A stretch of 59,185 bases of DNA, filler included. It is 8 parts of 8 records of this genome, joined end to end, with 100 filler letters (N's around TTAATTAATTAA, not from the genome) between each part and the next. Parts side by side here need not be neighbours in the genome. Positions count along the whole stretch, not along the records: positions 19,593 to 25,508 come from SRR31156797_9710; positions 25,609 to 33,081 come from SRR31156797_9714; 6 more parts are not named here. One strand, given 5' to 3'. How positions within the stretch are numbered: the first letter of the stretch is position 1; each line of letters starts with the position of its first letter. Both the position numbers and the translations under genes were made by a program. Of the stretch, positions 19,493-29,241 are shown in pieces. Below the pieces are notes generated by a model. The model was not told where the DNA came from, did not search any database, and saw nothing but the letters and a program-made list of their open reading frames with translations.

Positions 19493-19592
19493 NNNNNNNN
19501 NNNNNNNNNNNNNNNNNNNNNNNNNNNNNNNNNNNNTTAATTAATTAANNNNNNNNNNNNNNNNNNNNNNNNNNNNNNNNNNNNNNNNNNNN
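19493..19592. other. Artificial contig-joining spacer
   Basis: N44-TTAATTAATTAA-N44. Confidence 0.98.
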
Positions 19593-20284
19593 TGTAAAAG
19601 TGTGATATTTATCGTGTCATTGTAGTTATCGAAGTGACTTACTCTCTCTTCAGGAGTAGGGTAATAACACTCGATTATAGTATCAGTAATATTTTTATGT
19701 TTCCAATAATGTTTTACTAAAACTTCTACTTCAAAGTTAAATCTTCTAGTTTTAATGTTTAAATCAAGTATTGAAACTGGATATAGTCTAAAACCAGTTA
19801 GTGAGTCATTTATGTGGTAACCACTATTTAATCTAATCCAAAAGTTATGAAAGGCTCTACCTATTTTCGATTTTTGTGGAACATTGGCTATTTCAAAGTT
19901 TCTAGCACCCATAACAATTTGGTTTTTACTGTTTATACAGGCTTTTAGTTTTGCAATTTCTGAAGCTAAATGTTGACCATCTCCATCCATACTTACAAAG
20001 TATTCATATCCAAGCTCTTTTGCTTTTTGTGCACCTGTAAGAATAGCTTGGCCTTTACCTTGGTTTTGTTCATGTCTTAAAACAGTAACATCTTCATTTT
20101 TTTCAATTAAACTAGAAACTTCAATATTTGAACCATCATCTACAACAATTACTTTGTAGTTGTGATTTAAAATGTCTTTTATTACATTTGAGATTGTTTT
20201 TGGGTTGTTGAAAGTAGGAACAACTATGATAATATCATTTTTGTACAATGGAGAACTCACTACATTTTTTATTTTCTTTTTCAA
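19593..20284 (-). CDS. Glycosyltransferase family 2 (partial, aryl-polyene-cluster type)
   Basis: VVPTFN, VVDDGS, NQGKG, MDGDGQH, DSLTGFRLYP, RVSHF. Confidence 0.88.
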
Positions 20285-20555
20285 TTTTTACATTAAAAGT
20301 TTTATCTTTTATTTTTACAAAATAAGTCACTTTATCCTTAGGAAGAATTGCTTGTAAGAATTTAGCTTTTTTTACTTCTATAACATCAATTGATAAAATT
20401 TCACTTATGATATCTATTTGAAGAAATCCTGGAAGTAAACTATTATCTGGAAAGTGAGCTTTGAAAATTTCATGACTTTTGTCTGCAAATGATACTTCTA
20501 TTTCAGTATAGTCATTCTCTTTTTTTAGAACATTAAAACTATATAAATTGTTCAA
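20235..20555 (-). CDS. 3-hydroxyacyl-ACP dehydratase (FabZ-like hotdog fold)
   Basis: HEIFKAHFPDNSLLPG, KFLQAILP. Confidence 0.85.
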   Translation of the reverse strand: MNNLYSFNVLKKENDYTEIEVSFADKSHEIFKAHFPDNSLLPGFLQIDIISEILSIDVIEVKKAKFLQAILPKDKVTYFVKIKDKTFNVKIEKENKKCSEFSIVQK

Positions 20556-20658
20556 TTACTTATTACCTTGTAAATGCAAATATTAGATTCAATTGTATCA
20601 AAAGTAAACTAAGTATATAATAAGAAAAAATTATTTGTATTACTTCTTGGAGGACTTA

Positions 20659-21873
20659 ATGGAAGAAAATTGTGATGTGTTGGTTATTGGTGGGGGACCT
20701 AGTGGTTCTGTTGCTGCGTGTAAACTATTAAAAGCTGGGTTTAGTGTAACAATATTAGAAAAGTTAGAATTTCCTAGGTTTGTTATTGGAGAATCACTAC
20801 TTCCAAGATGTAATGAAATTTTAGAAAAAAATGGTTTAATTGATGTTATTGAAGAGCAAGGTTTTATGCTAAAACCAGGTGCAATTTTCATTGATGAAAA
20901 TAAACAAGAAGAGCTAATTGATTTTAGAAATAACTTAGGTCAAAAATGGGGAACAAGTTATCAAGTAAAAAGAGAAGAGTTTGATAATGTTCTTTTAGAA
21001 ACTGCTAAAAAATGGGGAGCAGATGTTAGACATAAGTATGAAGTAACTGCTTATGATAATGACAATAACAAAGTTACTGCAACAGATGAAAATGGTGAAG
21101 AAAAAGTATTTAAAGCAAGATTTGTATTAGATGCTTCTGGATATGGAAGAGTATTACCTAAACTTTTAGATTTAGATATTCCTTCTGATTTAAGACTTAG
21201 AAATGCAATTTTCACAAGAGTTGAAGGTGAAACAAGAAGAGAAAAAGATAAAAAAGGTTTCATTGATATTGTAATCCATGATGATAATAAAGCATGGTTA
21301 TGGGGAATTCCTTTTAGTGATGGAGTAACTTCTATTGGTGTTGTTTGTGAAGAATCATACTTTGAAGAAACTGGCCTGAGCCTTGAAGACTTCTTTGACA
21401 AAGTAATCAATGAGCACGAATACTTAAAAGAAAAATATAAAGATGCAAAGAAGTTAAGACCTGTGGGTGTTATTAATGGTTACTCAGCAGCAATTAAAAC
21501 TATGCATGGAAAAGGTTTTGCCTTAAGTGGAAATGCAACTGAGTTTTTAGACCCAGTTTTCTCTTCTGGTGTAACATTAGCTTTAGAGTCTTCTGATAGA
21601 GTTGGGGATTTAATTATTAAAGAATTAAATGGTGAAAAAGTAGATTGGCAAAAAGATTATGAAGACTATATGATGATTGGTATTAACGTATTTAGAGAGT
21701 TTGTTTATGCTTGGTATGAAGGAAAATTAAGAAAGATTTTCTATGCTCCAAATAAAGCTGAAAAGATAAAACAATCAGTAGCTTCAATTCTTTCTGGGTA
21801 TGTTTGGGATGAAGATAACTACTTTGTTAAAAACTCAAAACAAAAAATTGATGCCCTTATCTCAATGGTTTAG
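20659..21873 (+). CDS. FAD-dependent oxidoreductase of the halogenase family
   Basis: GGGPSG, FPRFVIGESLLP, GFMLKPGA, WLWGIP, FLDPVFSSGV; GGAGG RBS before ATG 20659. Confidence 0.85.
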   Translation: MEENCDVLVIGGGPSGSVAACKLLKAGFSVTILEKLEFPRFVIGESLLPRCNEILEKNGLIDVIEEQGFMLKPGAIFIDENKQEELIDFRNNLGQKWGTSYQVKREEFDNVLLETAKKWGADVRHKYEVTAYDNDNNKVTATDENGEEKVFKARFVLDASGYGRVLPKLLDLDIPSDLRLRNAIFTRVEGETRREKDKKGFIDIVIHDDNKAWLWGIPFSDGVTSIGVVCEESYFEETGLSLEDFFDKVINEHEYLKEKYKDAKKLRPVGVINGYSAAIKTMHGKGFALSGNATEFLDPVFSSGVTLALESSDRVGDLIIKELNGEKVDWQKDYEDYMMIGINVFREFVYAWYEGKLRKIFYAPNKAEKIKQSVASILSGYVWDEDNYFVKNSKQKIDALISMV

Positions 21874-21950
21874 ACATCTATATAAGATGTCTAAAAGGGC
21901 TAAAATAATATAATAATATAATAAAATAGACTAAAAGAGGGATAAAATTA

Positions 21951-22205
21951 ATGGCAATTTCAAGCAATGAGTTTAAGCAAGTTTTGATTGATGGTTTAAA
22001 ACTTGAAGATATTGAAGTTGGAGATATTGAAGATGCAGATGCACTTTTTGGGGATGAAGGTTTAGGTTTAGATTCAGTTGATTCAATTGAATTAGTATTA
22101 ATTATTGAAAAAGAGTATGGTGTAAAAATTCAAAACCCAGAGCAGTATAATGAAATTTTCGCATCAGTAGAGAACTTATTAAAATATATTAATGACAACA
22201 AATAA
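21951..22205 (+). CDS. Acyl carrier protein
   Basis: LFGDEGLGLDSVDSIEL phosphopantetheine site. Confidence 0.93.
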   Translation: MAISSNEFKQVLIDGLKLEDIEVGDIEDADALFGDEGLGLDSVDSIELVLIIEKEYGVKIQNPEQYNEIFASVENLLKYINDNK

Positions 22206-23316
22206 AAAGGCATATATAAATAGTTTTGAAGCAGTAAGCTGTGCTGGACTTGATTCCCAACAGCTTTTCGCTTCAATCTGCGAAAAAAAAGATTGTATTT
22301 CAATTGATGACTCTTATGTTCAAGATAGAAGTGTTTCAATTGGAAAAATAGATTCAAACTTATCTTTTAACGACTTACTTACAAAAACAGTAAACAAAGT
22401 ACTTACAAACTCTAATCTAGAAAACTATGATAATACTTTACTTATAATTGGATCTTCTGTTGGTGGAATGAACGAAACAGAAAAAGTTTTTTTTAAAGAT
22501 TCTAGTTATGAAAATATTGACTATAAAAAACATCCAATTGATGCAATAGCTTATCACTTAAAACAAGATTTCAATTTTTATGATGATATCTCTTTTTCTA
22601 CAGCTTGTACTTCTAGTGCTAATGCTTTAGGGTATGCAAAAGAGGTAATAAATAAAGGTATTTATAAAAACGTTTTAGTTGTAGGTGTAGATGCTTTATC
22701 TTATACTACTGTTTGTGGATTTTCAGCACTAAGTGTTTTATCATCAAATCCTTGTACTCCATTTGAAAAAAATAGAGAAGGGATGAATGTAGCTGAAGCT
22801 ATTGCAGTTCTTTTAATCCAAGATGAAAAAGAAGATTCAACAAGTGTTGAAATATGTGGAGCTGGATATAGTTCAGATGGTCACCACATGACTCAGCCTC
22901 ACCCTGAAGGTTTAGGTGCTGCAAAAGCAATGCAAAATGCTATTGATGATGCAAAAATAAATAAAGAAAAAATATCTTATATCAATGCTCATGGTACAGG
23001 AACTATGGCAAATGATTCTTCAGAATTAAATGCAATTTCATTGGTATTTGATACTTCAAAACCTTATGTTAGTTCAACAAAATCTTTTACAGGACATACT
23101 TTAGGAGCTGCTGGAGCTATTGAAGCTATTATTGCTTGTCTGAGTTTACAAAAACAGATAATACCACCTTCAAAAAATATCAAAGATGTGGAAAGAGAAG
23201 ATATCTTATTTACAAATGAACCTTTAAAACAAGAAGTTTCATATGTACTTTCTAACTCATTTGCCTTTGGTGGAAATAATACAAGTATTCTTTTAGGACT
23301 AAGCAATGACAATTAA
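22192..23316 (+). CDS. Beta-ketoacyl-ACP synthase (KS)
   Basis: Catalytic Cys-His-His in TACTSSA, NAHGTGT, GHTLGAAG; SNSFAFGG. Confidence 0.92.
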   Translation: MTTNKKAYINSFEAVSCAGLDSQQLFASICEKKDCISIDDSYVQDRSVSIGKIDSNLSFNDLLTKTVNKVLTNSNLENYDNTLLIIGSSVGGMNETEKVFFKDSSYENIDYKKHPIDAIAYHLKQDFNFYDDISFSTACTSSANALGYAKEVINKGIYKNVLVVGVDALSYTTVCGFSALSVLSSNPCTPFEKNREGMNVAEAIAVLLIQDEKEDSTSVEICGAGYSSDGHHMTQPHPEGLGAAKAMQNAIDDAKINKEKISYINAHGTGTMANDSSELNAISLVFDTSKPYVSSTKSFTGHTLGAAGAIEAIIACLSLQKQIIPPSKNIKDVEREDILFTNEPLKQEVSYVLSNSFAFGGNNTSILLGLSNDN

Positions 23317-23944
23317 TTTAGAAATTTTAAATGCAGCATTTTTATTAGCTCCTACACAAGTTGAGGATTTAAACACAAAAGCTTTAGTTCCTAAAATGGT
23401 ATTTAGAAGAAGATTAACAAGAGCTTCTAAATTAACAGTAGAGCTTATGGACAAAGTTGATTTTAAACAAGGAAGAATTATGTATGGAAGTGCATATGGT
23501 GAACTTCCTGCAACTGCAAATATTTTAAATGCAATTTTAAATAAAGAGGGAATCTCTCCTACAGACTTCCAAAACTCTGTTTATAATACACCAGTATCTT
23601 ATGCTTCGATTTTAGAAAAAAATGAGAGTGAAATCTTGACTATCTCTTGTGGAGATAATACTTCTAATAGACTTCTAAAAATGGGAGCTATAAAAGCTTT
23701 AGATGGTGATGAGATTTTATTAGTGGTTACTGAAACTATGAGTATTGAAAATATTGAGCAAGTAAATAAGTGTATTGATTTCCTTGAAGTTGCAGTTGCT
23801 TTAAAAGTAAAAGTTACTAAAGAAGAAGCAACAATGGATTTAAAAGATGATAATACTAAGTGTCCAGAGTCAGTAAAAGAACTTTTATCATATGCAAAAC
23901 AGTTCAATGAAAATCAAAAAAATATTATAGAGGTGAAACTATGA
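23306..23944 (+). CDS. Ketosynthase chain-length factor (aryl-polyene type)
   Basis: RRRLTRASK, YGEL, SPTDFQNSVYN; short, lacks the catalytic triad, overlaps the KS gene. Confidence 0.8.
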   Translation: MTINLEILNAAFLLAPTQVEDLNTKALVPKMVFRRRLTRASKLTVELMDKVDFKQGRIMYGSAYGELPATANILNAILNKEGISPTDFQNSVYNTPVSYASILEKNESEILTISCGDNTSNRLLKMGAIKALDGDEILLVVTETMSIENIEQVNKCIDFLEVAVALKVKVTKEEATMDLKDDNTKCPESVKELLSYAKQFNENQKNIIEVKL

Positions 23945-24294
23945 ATATCCCTCATCAAGAACCAATAAAGTTTGCAAAAGAGCTTTTAGAAGTAAACAAA
24001 GTGTTTATAAAAGTTAAATGTGAATTTCCTTCTTTACCAACTTTACCAATGCTTTTTGAAGCAGCAGCACAAAGTTCTGCTGGATTTTCACAAGAAAAAG
24101 AAGCAAAAATTGGTTTTTTAGTATCAGTAAAAGAAGTAAAACTAAATAAAGAACCAGATACTTTAGAATATGTAATTAAAGTAGAAAAGAATTTAGAGTT
24201 TGGTGCTGTTTGTGAATTCTCTTTTAATGTTTTTGATTTATCAGAGAATACAAACTACGCAACAGGTGTTTTAACAGTAATGATACAAGAGTAA
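23941..24294 (+). CDS. Hotdog-fold dehydratase-like protein
   Basis: IPHQEP, EAAAQS, GFLVSVK. Confidence 0.75.
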   Translation: MNIPHQEPIKFAKELLEVNKVFIKVKCEFPSLPTLPMLFEAAAQSSAGFSQEKEAKIGFLVSVKEVKLNKEPDTLEYVIKVEKNLEFGAVCEFSFNVFDLSENTNYATGVLTVMIQE

Positions 24295-25508
24295 TGAAAA
24301 AGTTTCTTTTTACTTTCTCTTTATTTATTTATTGTTTAAATGCCCAGTTCATTAAGGAACCAATCTTTAATGAAGTAAGTTACGTAGAAACTTATGGAAA
24401 CCCTAAAAATGAAGCAATAGTTTTTGTTCATGGTTTAGGAAAAGAAGCTTCATCTATTTGGCTTGAATCAGTTGAAGCTTTAAAAAAAGATTACTATATT
24501 TTAATATTTGATTTACCAGGTTTTGGAAAGTCAGATAAATCTAACCAATTATATTCTCCTAAAAGATATGTAGGTTTTATTGATACTTTAATTGATAACT
24601 TTGTAGATAAACCTTTTCACTTAGTGGGTCATTCTATGGGAGCTAGTATTAGTTTAAAATATACAAGTTTAAATCAAGAAAGAGTAAAAAGTTTAACACT
24701 TATCGATGCTGCAGCAATTTTACATAAAGTTGCTTATTCGGAGTTTTTAGTTAAATATAAAGTAAAAGAAACTGTAAAGAGTGATGCTGTTTCAGATTTT
24801 ATGTCTGAGTTGCCACAAATGATAGACACTATTATGCCTTTTGAAGTAGATACTATGTTAAACTCTAAATTAACCAGAAAGGTAATTCTTCGTTCAAACC
24901 CAAATACAATTGCTGCTATGGCTTTAGCTGAGGAAAACTTCTCTTCAATTCCCCAAAGAATTGAAGTACCAACTTTAATTATGTGGGGGAAAGAGGATAA
25001 AACTGCACCTCTTAGAACAGGGTATGCTTTAAATAAACTAATTAAAAACTCTAAATTAGAAATTATTGAAGACTCAAAACATACTCCAATGGTAGACAAT
25101 TTTGATATCTACTTAGATTTGTTAAAAAAACATCTAAAAACAAAAAGATATATAAAAAAAGACACTAAAATAGAGCCATCATCTAGAGAAGTTGTAATTA
25201 GAAATGATGAAGGTAGAGTTTTAAAGGGTCATTTTAAAAAAGTGGAGGTTTATGATAGTAAAGATATTACTCTAAAAGATGCTTTTGTTGAAGAGTTAAT
25301 TATCTATAACTCAAAAATAGATTTTATAAACTCAAAACTTGATTTAACAAAAGATAGTTTTATTATTAATTCAAAAGTTCAAATGACAGCAACTACAATA
25401 AAGCTAGATAAACCTATTGAGATAAACAATTCTGATTTTGATTTGGCTGCCGTTGATGTAGAGACTAAGACAAAAGCTTTTTATACAAATAGTGAAAAAA
25501 AGCAAGAG
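24294..25508 (+). CDS. Secreted alpha/beta hydrolase with C-terminal extension (partial)
   Basis: Signal peptide, VHGLG, DLPGFG, GHSMG nucleophile, WGKED, KHTP. Confidence 0.85.
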
Positions 25509-25608
25509 NNNNNNNNNNNNNNNNNNNNNNNNNNNNNNNNNNNNNNNNNNNNTTAATTAATTAANNNNNNNNNNNNNNNNNNNNNNNNNNNNNNNNNNNN
25601 NNNNNNNN
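25509..25608. other. Artificial contig-joining spacer
   Basis: N44-TTAATTAATTAA-N44. Confidence 0.98.
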
Positions 25609-26123
25609 CCTCTATCCCTGGATATTGGTCTTCTGTCCAGCGATTTTATAGATATATCCTAAAAGAATTTTCTTGAGGATTGCCTATATTCCTTTACGCT
25701 ACAGCGCTCCTCTCCCTTTAGAAATAAAGATTTCAGACGGTATACTATTTTTAAATTTTGTAGCTGCCCGGTTTTATATGGTGGAATTGGATTAAAAAAA
25801 TAAGGGATTAAACATATTAAAATGCCTTTTCTGGAATTAAATAGTGAAATTATGTTTATTTTTAATGCTTGTTATAACCAAAACATAATGACTTCCTTTT
25901 ACAAATACAATAATTATAAACGACACCCAAAAAGTAACATTACAAACCAAATAATGGATGTTATAACACCTTTTGTACCATTAACACAAGAGAATAAGTG
26001 GAATAAAGGTGTTGTTATTCAAGCGTTACCAGCAAGTGTGAAGAGTTACATTACAATAAACATCTGGCAACTAAATTGAAAAACATATAACAAGTAAAAA
26101 AAACACAAAATTCTTAAGCAAAC

Positions 26124-28784
26124 ATGGAAACACTTAAAATATACAAATGCTTCATTTCATCGCCAGGTGATTGTGAAAAAGAAAGAGAGATTTGCCAAGC
26201 CGTAATGGATAAAATAAATGGTGGTTTGGCACAACATCTTGGAATCCAGTTTCAAACCTTTATGTGGGAATATGATGTTTTGCCTGATATGGGGCAAAAT
26301 GGTCAAGAAATTATTGACGAATATATTAGAAAATCAGATTACGATATTTTCCTTGGTATTATGAAAAATCGCTTTGGTCATCCAACCAAAAAGGCAGGTA
26401 GTGGTACTGAGCACGAATTTAATGATGCAATGGAGCGCAAAAAGAATTCAAAAAATTCAATGCCAAGAATTTTATTCTTTTTTGGAAATGAGAATGTTGA
26501 TTTAAATAATCCGAAAATTGACGAAATTTTAGAGCAACATAAAAAAGTAAACCAATTCAAGTCAGGAATAAGCGACAATGGTATTTATGTTGACTTTGAA
26601 TCGGTTGATTTATTTGAAAAGGCATTGGAAGAAAAACTTAACTTATTTATTACTCAATTTTCTCCTGTAAGAAATCCAAATGAGAAAATAGAACAAGTAG
26701 ATATAGTGTTAAAGCGACTTGAAGAAGACTTAAATGAATCTCTTAAAACATACAATGAAAAAAGTCCAGTTTGGATTGACCCAATTATAAGTTCTAAACG
26801 AGAAATTCCTACTCATCCTACAGAAAATGGAGATAATAGAGTTGATGTTCAATCTATTATTGAACAGCCAACCAATATAATTATTAAAGCACCTTCCGAA
26901 TTTGGTCTTACTTCTTTAGCCCATTATATAAAATTGAATGCTTGGAAAGCGGGTAAAACATTTGTATATATTGATTCTAAGAAAACTAAAAAATATAAGG
27001 TTGTTAAGGATTTTCTTAATGAAGCTCAAAATTATTATTTTAAAACCACACAAAATATCGATTGTTTAATTCTAGATTCTGTTTGTTTTGAAGAACAAGG
27101 TGTTATGCAGATGATAAAAAACATATGTGATGAATATAAAAACATCCCCTTAATCATTCTTAATACTCTCGACAATAATTTCTTTCTTCGAACAGATGAA
27201 GATGATAAAGTTGAAATAAGAAGAGAATTCACCTCATTATATTTACTCCCTTTACCGCAAACAGAGGTTAGAAAAGTTGTAACAACATATGCGAATTCAA
27301 AGTCATTTTGTGAAGATTGTGAAACTGTATTGGCTAAGGTTACAAAGGATTTAGAAACCTTGAACATGCATAGAACAGTTAAAAACTGTATTTCAATTCT
27401 GAGAGCAAGTTCAAAAATGGTTGATGATTACAGTCCTATTAACAGAACAAAATTATTAGAAACAATTTTAAATGGAGTTTTTCAAGATTACGAAGTACCA
27501 ACTTATCATGATGAAAAGCCAGATGTAAAAGACTGTGGTTTTGTTTTAGGCTATCTATGTGAGTTGTTAGTTTTAAGAAATAATTTTGAATTTAGTGATA
27601 AGTTCTTTAGAGAAGAACTAACTAGGTTCTGCAATGTCAATTATATTATACTCGATTTAAAGTATCTTTTAAATGCGTTGAAGGCTAATTCAATTATAGG
27701 AAGTACAAGTGCAAATTCTAACTATTTTAAAAATTCTTATTGGGTATTTTATTTTATTGCCCAAAGAATGAATATGGATGAAAAATTTCGAGAAACCATT
27801 TACCATGAGAAAAAATATATTGATTATCCTGAGATTATTGAGTTTTATACTGGAATAGATAGAAATAAGAAAGATGCTCTTATAATACTAAATAAGGACT
27901 TAGAAGAAACTTTACAAATAGTGAGAACTAAAGTAAATATTCCGAATAACTTAAATCCATATAAAGCAATTCAATGGAATCCTGACATTCCAACTTTGGA
28001 AAAAGAAGAAGCAAAAATTGGAGACAATGTGATTTCTTCAGGCTTTCCAGATGAAGTAAAAGATAAATACCAAGACAAACTTTATAATCAAATTAGACCT
28101 TATAATCAAGTTATAAACTCTGTAATGAGGGACTATTCTTTTTTAGTATTAATGCGTCAAATTTCTGCGACTTCAAGGGCACTTAGAAATAGCGACTTCG
28201 TAACAAATACCAATATCAAAAAAGAGTTATTAAATAAAATTACTCAAGGATGGAATGAGATAAACAAATTATTAATTGTTTTAACTCCATTACTTGCTGA
28301 AAAGGGAAATGTAGCATTTGAGGGTGCAAGATTTAATCTAAACGAAGACGATTTTCAAATTGATGACCCAATTAAAAAAAGATTGGCTGTATTAACCTCT
28401 GTGCCAACAAATGTTGTGAAATTTTTCAAAGACGACTTATATTCTATTAAGATTGGACCGCTTTTAATAGATAAAGCACTAAACGAAGCAAATAGTTTAA
28501 TTAAGCATGAACTCATGATATTGATAATTGCTGAAAGACCAAAAAAATGGCGTGAAGTAATTGACAAATACATAGTCAGCCTAGATAAAAATTCATTTTT
28601 CCTTTCAGATGCTTTAACAGTTCTAAATTTCAATATTAATTACAATGCAACTGAATTAGAAGATGTACGAAAATTACAAATGTTAGCAAAGAAATGTAGG
28701 GCTAAACATATTTTAAAAAATAACAACCCTGACCTTGGATTAATTAAAAGACTCGACAAATTGGAGAAAGGTTTTAAGTATTAA
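26124..28784 (+). CDS. DUF4062-domain protein with degenerate STAND-like NTPase (candidate defence protein)
   Basis: N-terminal CFISSPGD..ER, DIFLGIM..RFG.PT..SGTEHEF; central IIIKAPSEFGLTS and CLILD; helical C-terminus. Confidence 0.75.
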   Translation: METLKIYKCFISSPGDCEKEREICQAVMDKINGGLAQHLGIQFQTFMWEYDVLPDMGQNGQEIIDEYIRKSDYDIFLGIMKNRFGHPTKKAGSGTEHEFNDAMERKKNSKNSMPRILFFFGNENVDLNNPKIDEILEQHKKVNQFKSGISDNGIYVDFESVDLFEKALEEKLNLFITQFSPVRNPNEKIEQVDIVLKRLEEDLNESLKTYNEKSPVWIDPIISSKREIPTHPTENGDNRVDVQSIIEQPTNIIIKAPSEFGLTSLAHYIKLNAWKAGKTFVYIDSKKTKKYKVVKDFLNEAQNYYFKTTQNIDCLILDSVCFEEQGVMQMIKNICDEYKNIPLIILNTLDNNFFLRTDEDDKVEIRREFTSLYLLPLPQTEVRKVVTTYANSKSFCEDCETVLAKVTKDLETLNMHRTVKNCISILRASSKMVDDYSPINRTKLLETILNGVFQDYEVPTYHDEKPDVKDCGFVLGYLCELLVLRNNFEFSDKFFREELTRFCNVNYIILDLKYLLNALKANSIIGSTSANSNYFKNSYWVFYFIAQRMNMDEKFRETIYHEKKYIDYPEIIEFYTGIDRNKKDALIILNKDLEETLQIVRTKVNIPNNLNPYKAIQWNPDIPTLEKEEAKIGDNVISSGFPDEVKDKYQDKLYNQIRPYNQVINSVMRDYSFLVLMRQISATSRALRNSDFVTNTNIKKELLNKITQGWNEINKLLIVLTPLLAEKGNVAFEGARFNLNEDDFQIDDPIKKRLAVLTSVPTNVVKFFKDDLYSIKIGPLLIDKALNEANSLIKHELMILIIAERPKKWREVIDKYIVSLDKNSFFLSDALTVLNFNINYNATELEDVRKLQMLAKKCRAKHILKNNNPDLGLIKRLDKLEKGFKY

Positions 28785-28864
28785 TCAAATTTATTGACAA
28801 ACACGAAAAAAAAGAAATGACCAACATCTTGAATGATGTGCAGACTCAATAGACAGGAACGCCA

Positions 28865-29040
28865 GCAGGTAACAAAATCTATAGGCAATGCGGCATTCAG
28901 CATGTAATCCAACCGCAGTTCTTTTTTGCAACACCTTAAATTCGTCCGCCAGCTGGTGAATTGGCTCCGCTCAGCTCCGATACTTCGGGAGGAAGTTTCG
29001 TGCTTTTAATCCCGCACTCTACTTACATAAACTGTTAGCT
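28865..29040 (+). repeat. attC-like imperfect inverted repeat (cassette end)
   Basis: GCAGGTAAC...TGCGGCATTCAGCA...TGCTTTTAATCCCGCA...GTTAGCT; the left end is complementary at 8/9 positions to GTTACCAGC at 26025. Confidence 0.55.
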
Positions 29041-29241
29041 ACTAATGACGCCAACTGTAATTATATTTTCAATTATTACAAATAATGAAATTATAGAAAT
29101 TTATATTTGAAATAAGAATAATGCTGAAATTTTCATTTTGAAGAAAACATATCCCTGCTTGCTACTTTTCTTATGAAAAATTCATTCGTACAAACAATCC
29201 AATTATTGCATCCAGGTTTTTCAAAACTGTAAAAATCCACG

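Noticed and set aside
25822-26079. 85-aa ORF upstream of the DUF4062 gene
   Set aside because: It has no recognisable features and crosses the putative cassette junction; probably non-coding.
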